Assembly (NCBI GenBank): GCA_038087875.1
Contig: CM075981.1
Location: 1,736,001-1,800,000 of the forward strand
Source: Malacoraja senta
Lineage: Eukaryota
Length of the DNA stretch: 64,000 nucleotides
Direction of reading: 5' to 3'
Shown: positions 24,719 to 35,404 of the stretch, piece by piece
Numbering within the stretch: position 1 is the first letter of the stretch
How the letters are laid out: each line of letters opens with the position of its first letter
Notes under the pieces: model-generated
Databases searched by the model: none
What the model saw: only the letters and a program-made list of their open reading frames with translations
What the model was told of the DNA's origin: nothing
Program-made: the position numbers and the translations under genes

Positions 24719-25426
24719 GAGAGATCTTTAATTCGGTGTGAGTTTTTAGCAATACTTGCTTTACCACTCTATTTAGATTACACTGCTTTAATCTGTCCTA
24801 TACGTTGTGAAAGATGGACACAAAATGCTGGAGTAACTCAACAGGTCAGACAGCATCTCTGGAGAAAATAGACAGTTGATGTTTGACGTTGGGACCCATA
24901 TTCAGATGGTCTGTAGAAAGGTCCTGACCCAAAATGTTACCCATTAATTTTCACCAGAGATATTTCATGACCATCTGAGTTACTCCAGCATTTTGGGTTC
25001 GTCTTTGGATAAACCGGCATCTTTTTATAGCTATACTTTGTCAAGCTCCTTCTGAGCTGGTTCGTTCAATTCATCAGGTGTAAGGGGTGATGGGGAGAAG
25101 GCAGGAGAGTGATGTTAGGAGGAAGAGGTAGATCAGCGATGATTCAATGGTGGAGTAGCTTTCATGGGCAAAATTGTCTGCCCCTATCACTGATGACCTT
25201 ACGAATTACACTCACTTCTACGATCTCTTTCATCCGCCAGTATAATGAATGACTCTAGATCACGCATACAAATGATAAAACGCCACTGGTTCCCATTCTT
25301 GTCATACCCACCCTCATTCCCTCCACCCACAAATTCCCCAACCCTCCCATCATAATTCCTTGCAAGGGTCAGCCTAAGCACACCTCAACCCATTGTCTCT
25401 GGGCCAAAAGATTGTGCGTTCAAGTC

Positions 25427-25432
25427 AATAAA
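25427..25432 (+). promoter_or_regulatory. Candidate polyadenylation signal (AATAAA); a second is at 25711-25716
   Basis: First canonical hexamer I found downstream of the stop codon; usage unverified. Confidence 0.35.
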
Positions 25433-26479
25433 GGGGCAATGGACCAAGCAAGAAAATGGGTTCAAGTGGATAGTGGGCTAAGGCAGAGAAGCCCAAGATG
25501 CAGCAGAAGTAAGTTCAATTGGAAATGCTGATCTTAGCAGCATTTCTACAGAACCTCTTCTAAACTCTAGAGGTACTCTGTTCGAAATATACAAAGTTCT
25601 TACAGAGCAGGAGAGTGCAGGTGAAGGGATTAGATTTTCCATGGCTCGTAGTGAGGAGGGGTTAGTTGGGCCAAAGGGTCTGTTTCTTCGTTGTATGAAT
25701 CTATGACTCGAATAAACTCTAGCCTGGGAACAATTTTTTCTTCAATATTGAAGGATTCACGGAAATAGAACTAGTACTGGATATTGAGATGATAAAGGAT
25801 AAGGTATGATTTTAATGCATGGTGTAGTTATGAAGGACCTAGTGCGGACTGACATATTTGTTCATTAATTTGTTCGCCCTACAATACACTTTTTCTTAAC
25901 ACATTTCCAGTCAATGTACAAACACATCAAAGGCCATCGTGCGATGGAAATAGATATTGGGTTCTGAGTCAAATGTGTGAGCTGCATCTTTCTGTAGTCA
26001 ACGAGCTTCCTGTTAATATGTGCAGTTGAGTAAACACAAAACAACACTTCAGTGGGTCAAGCAGCATCTCTGACAGGAAATGGGCACATGACATTTCAGG
26101 TCAAGACCCTACTTCAGACTGGTGTTACTTTTCTCAGAATATGACTGCCGCAGAAACCCACAAACATACAATGTGCATAGGTTAGTACGTTTTTAGTGCA
26201 GAATTAGGCATCTCGGCCATTCAAGTCTACTCCACACTTCAATCATGGCTGATGTATTTTCCCCTCCCAACCCCATTCTCCTGCCTTCTCCTTATAATCC
26301 CTGAAGCCCACACTGATCAGGAATCTTTCAATCTCTGCCTCCGAAATATCCATTGACTTGGCTTCCACTACCGTCTGTTAAAATAAATTCCACAGATTCA
26401 CCACCCTCTGACTAAGGAAATTTGGCCCATATCTCTCTAAACCTATCATGTCAAGGTACCCTCAGGTTCCTATTAAATC

Positions 26480-26590
26480 TTTCCCCCCTCCCCCCCCTCA
26501 CCCCCTCAACCCCCCCCCCCCCACCTCACCCCCCCTCACCCCCCCCCCCCACCTCACCCCCCCCTCTCACCCCCCCCTCTCTCCCCTTAA
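26480..26590 (+). repeat. C-rich low-complexity tract (cccccctca-like units)
   Basis: Directly visible; absent from the paralogous position near 29880-29895. Confidence 0.9.
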
Positions 26591-26699
26591 ACCTATGTCC
26601 TCTGGTCCTCAAGTGTTCAGCAAGAACATGTAGAGTGTAAGAATGTTCGCTCAGGGAGAGCACCTTGTCCTGGCAGGTTAGTGGGTTTCAGGTAGAACA

Positions 26700-26955
26700 C
26701 AGTGGCACAGCGGTAGAGTTGCTGCATTACCACGGCTGAGATCCAGGTACGATGCTGACTTCGTGTGCTGTCTCTATGGAGTATGTACGTTCTCCCTGTG
26801 TCCGCATGGGTTTTCTCTGGGTACTCCAATTTCCTCCCACACTCCAAATACATACAGGTTTGTAGGTTAATTTGCTCAATAAATTGTATATGGGGTGAAC
26901 ACTGATTGGCGCGGTGTCGATGGGCCGAAGACCCTGTTCCCACGCTGTATCTATA
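26700..26955 (+). mobile_element. V-SINE
   Basis: A box tggcacagcggtag, V domain, 3' gggccgaagaccctgttccacgctgtatct. Confidence 0.8.
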
Positions 26956-29900
26956 ACGTTTTCTTGTCAATTGCGCACACCGGAAGGAGCTGGATATCAT
27001 TCTTGTCCAGAGCACAGCTGCCTTGTGTACCTCGGACGTTGTGCAACACAACGCAACGATAAAATGGTCTGACTGGGGAGCCCTTCCCACCAACTTGATA
27101 GGGCTCTTAAAGATAGCAGAGTCAGGGGATATGGGGAGAAGGCAGGAACATGGTACTGATTGTGGATGATCAGCAATGATCGCATTAAATGGCGGTGCTG
27201 GCTCGTAGGGCCGAATGGCCTTCTCCTACACCTATTGTCTATTGTCTATTGTCTATAACACCCAAGGAAGGATGTTCACTGTCGGCTTCCAAAACCATCA
27301 GGGAGGAAGTACCATAGACTTAACTCTGCAGTTTGCTTGCTGGTTTGCAAGCATGTGTCGAGGAGGATGGTGGCTTAAGAGTTAATGTGTACATGACAGA
27401 TTGCTTGTTGCACGTGGTGAGCCTGCTTTACCCACTTAGGATTGTTAACTAATGAATGGTTTTGCAGAACTAAAAAAGGTATTGTGACTAAAAAGGGAAG
27501 AGGCCCGATACCAAGTAGTACTGCAGTTAAAACACATCTGTTCTAAACAATAAGAACCAGTGCAGAAATGTGCTGATTGTGTGATTAGCTGGACACATGA
27601 CCACTCATGTATAAATATACTGCCTGTGCACAGAAAAATTGAGTGGGACCGTGAGGGGCAACGATTATGTAACCATACTCATGTATGCTCTCCAACTCCC
27701 GCGTGCGTAATAAAGAGGAATTGTTACATTCTTAAAGTGACTAATTTGGTTTGTTGTTTGATAGCGCGGTTTGAAATTTAACATTGGCATAGTCGGCAGG
27801 ATATCGCTGGGACCATCCCCGACGACTGCGTAAGCAGCTGTTATCTGGCCGGGACCTCGAGGTGGTAAAAAAGTGTACTATCGGATCCATTGAGTCTGAA
27901 CTCCCGAACGAGTTCTCGGGAAACCGTGGTCCCTCGTCTGAGGTTGATCTGGTTCCCTGCCGAGATTCACAAGAGTCAGAGGTAAGAGAAACATCGTTAT
28001 AATAGTCAAAAGGTGGGTTAATTGAACATTCAAACTGAGAAGAGTGGGGTCTGTGTAAATTAAGATAATAATTGAACATTCCCATCGTAATTCCTTGCAA
28101 AGGTCAGCCTAAGCACACCACAACCCATTCTCTCTGGGCCAAAATATTGTGGGTTCAAGTCCGTAAAGGGGCAATAGATCAAGCAAGAACATGGGTTCAA
28201 GTGGATTGTGGTCTAAAGCAGATAAGCCCAAGATGTAAAATGATCCTCAAGCCTGGGTAAGGGGCCTCACTGAACCTTGGTCAAGACTGGATTTTACCTG
28301 CCTCAGTGACCAGTTGCAAATAAACTGATCTTAAGTGAGCCCATCCCTAGATACGACCTAGCAGAGGGGAAATGGGGAGGGATGTGAGTAATTTAGCGTG
28401 GAACTGCAGAAATATTCATAGATTTTCTAATTTGTTAGAATGCAAGAAGTGCGACAAGAGTGTTTTATTGTCATAGAGTATGTACTTGCAGCTGCACAAT
28501 AGAGCAATATACATGAATTCCTTTATCTTTTGTACTAACTGAGAATGCAAGGTGGAGGAAGGGGAGGAAGGCAATGTAGATGTGGTTGTGTAAAAGGCAA
28601 TGAATGCTTTGTATCTGAGGGCATCTGCCCCAGGACATGAGTAACTAAAGTTGGCCAATGTGTAATAAAAATAATTTGTTCTGAAAATAAGCCCCCGAGT
28701 CCACGTGAAATGTTCCCGTCTACAACGTCCTTCCCCAGTAAATGAGCACACGACGTACGAGCACTTCAGTGCCAACTGTGGAGTACATCAATGCCTGAAC
28801 TGCAAACTTCTGAGTGAGATTCGAAACCAAGAAGATTCAACTGTCATGACCACAGAACCCCCAACCCCTCTCCAAAAAAAGGCAATTTCTGTAGCAGAAG
28901 AAAGTTCGATAGGAAATTCCGGTCTTAGCAGCATTGCTAAAGGACCTCTTCTCAACTCTGGAGGTACTCTGTTCGAAATATACAAAGTTCTTACAGAGCA
29001 GGAGAGTGCAGGGATGAGGCCTATCTTTGCTCAATTATCCAGACGCAGTGAGGAGGGGTAAGTTGGGCCAAATGGCCTGTTTCTGCGTTGTATGACTCAA
29101 TGACTCAAATACAATCTAGCCTGGGAACAATTGTTTCTTTGATATTAAGGGATCTATGGAAATAGAACTAGTACTGGAAACTGACATGATAAAGGATAAG
29201 CTACGATTTTAATGCATGGTGTAGTTATGAAGGACCGAATGGGGCCTGATATACTTGTTCATTAAATTGTTCACCCAACAATACACATTTATTTGTTTTG
29301 AACACATTTCCAGTCAATGTACAAACACATCAAAGGCCAACGTGCGATGGAAAGAAATATTGGGTTCTGAGCATAATGTGTGAGCTGCATCTTGCTGTGG
29401 TCAACGTGCTTCCTGTTAATATGAGCAGTTGAGCAAAACACAAAAAAACACTACAGTGGTTCAAGCAGCATATGTGAAAGGAGATGGGCAAGTGACATTT
29501 CAAGTCAGGACCCTACTTCAGACTGGTGTTACTTTTCTCAGAATATGATTGCAGCAGAAACCCACAAACAAACAATGGTCATAGGTTCATAAGTCCTAAG
29601 TGCAGAATTAGGCCTTTCGGCCCATCAAGTCTACTCCGCCATTCAATCATGGCTGATCTATCTTCCCCTCTCAACTCCATTCACCTGCCTTCTCCCCATA
29701 ACCCCTGACTCCCACACTAATCAGGTATCTGTCAATCTCTGCCTAACAAATATCCATCGAATTGGCTTCCACAGTTGACTGTTGAAAAAATTCCACAAAT
29801 TCACCAACCTCTGACTAAAGAAATTTGGCCCATATCTCTCTAAACCTATCCTGTCCAGCTTCCCTCAGGTTCCTATTAAATCTTTCCCCAACCTTAAACC

Positions 29901-30019
29901 TATGACCACTGCTTCTCAAATTATGTCCTCTGGTTCTCAAGTATTCAGCAATAACATGTAGAGTATAAGAATGTTATCTTAGGGAGAGCACATTGCCCTG
30001 GCAGGTCAGTGGGTGGAAC

Positions 30020-30435
30020 ACAGTGGCACTGCGGTAGAGTCGCTGCCTTACAGCGCCTGAGACCCAGGTTCGATGCTGACTTCGGGTGCTGTCTGTATGG
30101 AGTTTGTACGTTCTCCTTGTGTACACATGTTTCTCGGGGTGCTCCGGTTTCCTCCCACACTCCAAAGACATATAGGTTTGTAGGTTGTTAAAGAAGGAAC
30201 TGCAGATGCTGGAAAATCGAAGGTACACAAAAATGCTGGAGAAACTCAGCGGGTGCAGCAGCATCTATGGAGCGAAGGAAATAGGCAACGTTTCGGGCCG
30301 AAACCCTTCTTCAGTTTCGGGCCGAAACCCTTCTACCTTAGGTTTGTAGGTTAATGTGCACAGTAAATTGTATATGGGGTGAACACTGATTGGCGCGGTC
30401 TCAGTGGGCCGAAGAGCCTGTTTCCACGCTGTATC
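30020..30435 (+). mobile_element. V-SINE interrupted by a Penelope-derived repeat (30186-30335, minus)
   Basis: SINE sequence aggtttgtaggtt is duplicated on both sides of the insert. Confidence 0.8.
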
Positions 30436-30824
30436 TATAAAGATTTCTTGCCAATTGCACACTCCAGAAGTAGATGGATAACAGTTTTGTCCAGAGCACA
30501 GCTGCCTTGTGCAGATCTGTGGTTGTGCAACACAACGCAACGCAAAAAGGATCTGACTTTGGAGCCCTTCCCACCACCACCCAACGTAGGATGTTCACAG
30601 TCGGCTTGCAAAACCATCGAGGGGGAAGTACCATAGACTTAATTCTGCAGTTTGCTTGCCGGTTTGCAAGCATGCAGCTCCCATGTTGCTACCCAGGGTT
30701 CAATCCTTGCTCTTGCCTGCAAGGTAAGTTGAAATATATGTCAGACAATCACACATTGGCACAGCAGGTAGAGCCGCTGCCGCACAGCATCCGAGTCCCA
30801 GGTTCGATACTGACCTCGAGTGCT

Positions 30825-31802
30825 GTCTGGAAATCATTTGTAACCAATGATGTAGAATTTCATGATCACGGCAGGATTAAAAACGTATTAATTTGTGTGA
30901 ATCTCTGGAGGAACTCCAGTAATCGCACAACATTAAAGTGAATCTGCTTGGCCGTCACTCCATATTTTCCTTACTTTTGTCAAAATTATTTTGAAATGTA
31001 TCTCCCAGTCGGTGTGGAGACGCTCAGGAGGGAAGTCCAGAAGAGAGTGTGAATGGTTTACATCAGCGTGGCCAAGCAAAACCTGGGCCACAGTTTCGCT
31101 GAACACTTGTGCTTGGTCTGTCATGACCCAGAATCGCGCTTGATAGACACCCCATCCTCAACCTCCCCCGCTGATGCAGAGCAGCAGCAGTTTAGCACGA
31201 TGCACTGCAGCAACTCACCAAGACTCCCTCGACAGCGCCTTGCAATTGCAAAAGGCTCCGTGTTCAAGGCATTATTCTTCACCATTCCCACCAACACTGG
31301 CTGGGAAGTGCTTTGGAACGACCTGTGCAGGTGGTGAGGGACGGTGTACAGTATCTGTCTCTCATCGCAATCTAGGTGGAATTCAACACAGTTACGAAAA
31401 TGATTGGGCGGTCTCCCCTGTACACAGTGATGTATATTATAATGTATCTGTTTGTGAAAGGCTAATTTTCCTCTTCAAATTATGAAATATTTAACCTTCA
31501 CTTTCATGTGCACTGTGGGCAGAGAGCGCAGAAAGAGGGGTTGTAGGTAAAGCGATCACAATCGTATGTCACTATGCAGCAGCGTACCGCTCACACACAA
31601 AATACTGGTGCCGTGGGACAAGTCGCCAACGTACACATGTGGTGGAAACAAATGGCAAACATGGACAGAGCGGAAGAGTGTCAATCACAGATAACCCGGC
31701 ACGAGGAACATTTACTGTGACTGTGGAGGATCTTCGCTCTGGAGATACAGGATGGTACAAATGTGGAATTATTACATCTGGCGAACCAACATTTAAAGTA
31801 CA
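30825..31802 (+). repeat. Duplicate of the C2a-V3 intron plus V3 (about 8405-9620)
   Basis: Shared anchors aactccagtaat, cttggccgtcactcca, gaacacttgtg-ttggtctgtcatgaccc and ggtgagggacggtgtacagtatctgtc; part of about 8650-8870 is absent from this copy. Confidence 0.85.
31508..31802 (+). pseudogene. Decayed V exon V4 (paralogue of V3)
   Basis: Acceptor mutated (ctttcat| versus tttcag| in V3); C' Cys lost (RQR versus RQC); homology stops after TTTAAAGTACA, so the donor is missing. Confidence 0.85.
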
Positions 31803-32759
31803 CAACAAAAACCGTGCAGGTTTTCATATCCTGAAGTTAAACCAAATCTCGATGTATATGATATCACGAGGTATTGTCAGGTTGTACGTGTGCAGAATGG
31901 ATTTCTGTGCCCGGTGTGGATTCTTAGGGGTCCATCTTCCAGACAGCAATGTGTTGGGGGTGGTCGGGTCAAATAAAGCGTGGTTCCCACTGTCAATGAG
32001 TCTGATGACTTCACATTGTCTTTTGCAGAGACGCGATGAGTCAGAAGCTGGCCACTCGACCCACGAATTACAATGAAGACACCTAGCTTGCACCAACAGT
32101 GAGGGAATTCTGCACCGCGATGAAATATTTACGCATCATCCTGCTTTGTCAACTGATATCAATTCGACGGAATATACGTCTCTTGCAATTCAACTAATGA
32201 ATTCATGAAAGTGACTTCAAAGCAATGTTCCAAAGTTTCCAAACCATATATGTTTCCAAAACGCATTTCCGGCAATGATCTGATTGTTTGTCACCTCTTC
32301 CAAGGTTTCTTTCGTCACCTTCGAACTGTTGTTTTAACCTTTGCATGTTTTCCGTTGCTCCAACGTCTTATACTCTGTTAAACTATATTATATGCATTCA
32401 ACTTCCTGGAAAAAAATGTTTTCGCTGATTATTGAATAATAATGCATCATAATGCTTCTTAATAAATTGTTATTGTCGATAAATTGTTTGTCTGATTTGT
32501 TTTGTATATACTGCAACTTCAGTGATGAAGAACAGACTGCAATCAGACTGCTGCATATTCCTTCGGTTGCCAAACGTTAAAGGCGTTTAGGAAAGGCAAT
32601 CAATTAATCTTTCAGACCATGCTATTCTATCAGAACAAAATTATGCAACGACATTGTTTTGACTATTAGCCTTATTTTTTATCTCCACAGATGTTGACTG
32701 ACGCGCTAAGCACATCTAGCATCTGCAGATTTAATTTCCGATATGCAACTAATTTTTAG

Positions 32760-33450
32760 GTTGGAAGGAACTCCAGATGCTGTTTTTAAACTGAAGATAG
32801 ACATAAATTGCTGGGGTAACTCAGCGTGATAGGCAGCATCTGTGGATCGATCAGGTAGGTTTAGGCGGACTGAGCGGGGGCGTGAGACGATCGCCGAGCC
32901 TGCGCTTGTTCTCGCTTCTCAGCGATCGTTTCGCTGAACACCGCCGCTCAGTCCGCCTAAATCTTACCTGATATCCCGGTCGCTAAACACTTTAACACCC
33001 CCCTCCCATTCACCACTGACATTTTCAATCCTCGCATCCTCCATTGTCATAGTGAGTCCAGCGTAAATTGGAGGAACAGCACCTCATATTTCGCTTGGGC
33101 AGCTTACACCCCAGCCGTGTGAACAATTATTTCACTAACTTCAGTACCCTTGCTTTCCTCTCAATCCACCCGCCCCCCCTCCCCCACCTTCCCAGTACTC
33201 CGATCAGTCTGACAGTCCCCGATTATATTTATCTCTAATTGCGGTTGTTGTCACCTTCTCCAGCTAACAATAATCTATTCTACATTTTCCTTGATCCACA
33301 TCACCTTTGGCATCACGCCTTACAGTTCCTTATCCAAGTATCTCCCTCTCCCCTGACTTCAGTCTGAAGAAGGGTCTCGACCCGAAACGTCACCCATTCC
33401 TTTCATTCATAGATGCTGCCTGTCCCGCTGAGTTACTCCAGCATGTTGTA
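32760..33450. mobile_element. Fold-back Penelope element (inverted terminal-repeat copy plus sense 3' part)
   Basis: Minus-oriented terminal repeat at 32760-32880, plus-oriented GIY-YIG 3' end and terminal repeat at 32900-33450. Confidence 0.75.
33364..33391 (+). ncRNA. Minimal type I hammerhead ribozyme core in Penelope terminal repeat
   Basis: CTGAAGA-A-GGGT-CTCG-ACCC-GAAAC-GTC: CUGANGA and GAAA boxes, 4-bp stem II, palindromic ACGT stem III, GUC cleavage triplet. Stem I is weak (about 2 bp). Confidence 0.6.
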
Positions 33451-34099
33451 CAACAATATTTTTTGATTAACTGATTGAATGATACAGCATGGATACAGAC
33501 CATTTGGCCCACCGAGTCCACGTAAACTAGCAATCAACCCTTTCACACTAATTCTATATCACTCCACTTTCGCGTCTTTTGAGCACAGTAATATCGATAT
33601 ACATTTTAATGCTGCAACACGAGTTATTCATTTTGTCTACCGTACAAATGAGTTAAAGGACAAAAATAAAGGACACGATGGCGCAACGGTAGAGTTGCCG
33701 CCGCCACAGCGCTTGCATCGCCGGAGACCCGGGTTCGATGTGTACGGAGTTTGTACGTTCTCCCCGTGATCCCATGGGTTTTCTTCGAGATCTTCCGCCT
33801 CCTCCCACACTCCAAAGACGTACAGGTATGTATGTTAATTGGCTTTGCTATTAATGAAATTTGTCCCCAGTGTGTATGCGGTCAGTGTGGACTCGCTGCT
33901 GACACTTTGCTCGCGCTGCTGCAACAAGGTGTGTAGATTCGTATCTCTGAACCGCATCTTGCGAGCAACTCGTTGGAACACTGTTTGCTGAACAGTGTTT
34001 GCAGAAGTCATGGGTCAATGGCGAATGAAGACAGAATTAAATTGTTTTGGTGCATCGTTCCGTTCCTCTTTGCAGTATTGTTTATGTTGGGCAAGTAAA

Positions 34100-34299
34100 N
34101 NNNNNNNNNNNNNNNNNNNNNNNNNNNNNNNNNNNNNNNNNNNNNNNNNNNNNNNNNNNNNNNNNNNNNNNNNNNNNNNNNNNNNNNNNNNNNNNNNNNN
34201 NNNNNNNNNNNNNNNNNNNNNNNNNNNNNNNNNNNNNNNNNNNNNNNNNNNNNNNNNNNNNNNNNNNNNNNNNNNNNNNNNNNNNNNNNNNNNNNNNNN
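34100..34299. other. Assembly gap (200 N)
   Basis: Run of N; true gap size and contiguity across it are unknown. Confidence 1.
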
Positions 34300-34756
34300 G
34301 TACCTGTCTAAATGTTTCTTAAACATTGTGATAGTACCTGCCTTTTGGGATGTGGGAGGAAACCGGAGCTCCCAGAGAAAACCCACGCGGTCACAGGGAG
34401 AATGTGCAAACTTCACACACAGACCGGTGACACCTGACCTGCTGAGTTCCTCCAGCACTTTGTGCTTTTTGTTCTAGGTTCCAGCATCTGCTGTTCTTTA
34501 TGTGTCTAAAGAAGGGTCTCGACCTGAAACGTCAGCCATTCCTTCTCTCCAGAGATGCTGCCTGTCCCGCTGAGTTACTCCAGCATTTTGAGTCATTCTT
34601 TATTTACGTTTAGTGTTTTGAGATACAGCGCGGAAACAGGTCCTTCAGCCCACCGAGTTCCCGCCGACCAGCGATCCCCACACCCTAACACTACCCTACA
34701 CACACCAGGGACAATTTACAATGATACCAAGACAATTAACCTACAAACCTGCACGC

Positions 34757-35056
34757 CAAGGGTCGGCCCACGGGCCGAATCTAGCCCGTAAACCGAAATC
34801 ATTGGGCCCGCAGGCGACTTGTGCGCTACAGCCAGTCCCGGGGCACGCAGGCGAAAAACAACACCAAGTGTCACACCAGTTAGTACGTATAATTACTAAT
34901 GTATGTATTATTAGTATGTATTATTACTAATTACTAATTTAGTTAGTATGTATTATTATTACCTCCGTTTATGAACTATGGCGATAGATGTGGCCCGCCA
35001 TCGGCTCACAGACATGGGTCCTGGCCCCCATGCAAAACAAGGTCACCGACCCCTTG
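34757..35056. mobile_element. hAT (Charlie-type) MITE inserted in a V-SINE
   Basis: Termini caagggtcgg / ccgaccccttg; 8-bp TSD ctgcacgc / ctgtacgc with central TA; AT-rich interior. Confidence 0.75.
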
Positions 35057-35404
35057 CTGTACGCCTTAGGAGTGTGGGAGGAAACCCAAGATCCCAGAGA
35101 AATTAGTCCCCGTAACCCCTGGGTGTCAGGGCTTACGGGGAGAAGGCAGGAGAATGGGGTTGAGAGGGAAAGATAGATCAGCCATGATTAAATGGCGGAG
35201 TAGACTTGATGGACAGAATGGCCTAATTCTGCTCCTATCACTTATGAGCTTATGAACATGAAAACCCAGGTCACAGGGAGAACATACAAACTCCATAGAG
35301 TCAGCACCCATAGTCAGGATCGAACCCAGGTCTCTGTCGCTGTAAGGCAGCAACTCTACCGCTGCGCCACCGTGCACACCTCTGACATACGGGCTTACAT
35401 GATC

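Larger units (their letters stand above)
25345..30675 (+). repeat. Tandem segmental duplication, about 25345-27355 versus about 28080-30675
   Basis: Shared anchors such as taattccttgcaa-ggtcagcctaagcacacc, gaggtactctgttcgaaatatacaaagttcttacagagcaggagagtgcagg and gtttgcaagcatg, with shared embedded SINE/CR1 remnants. Confidence 0.88.

Noticed and set aside
26950-27093. Similar open frames in both copies of the duplicated block (also 30437-30673)
   Set aside because: Explained by recent duplication; no splice or domain support.
32029-32090. Acceptor ttttgcag| downstream of V4 with short frames to a stop
   Set aside because: The phase-1 frame stops immediately and no partner exon could be assigned.
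33995-34477. ORFs spanning the N run
   Set aside because: Artefacts of translating the assembly gap.
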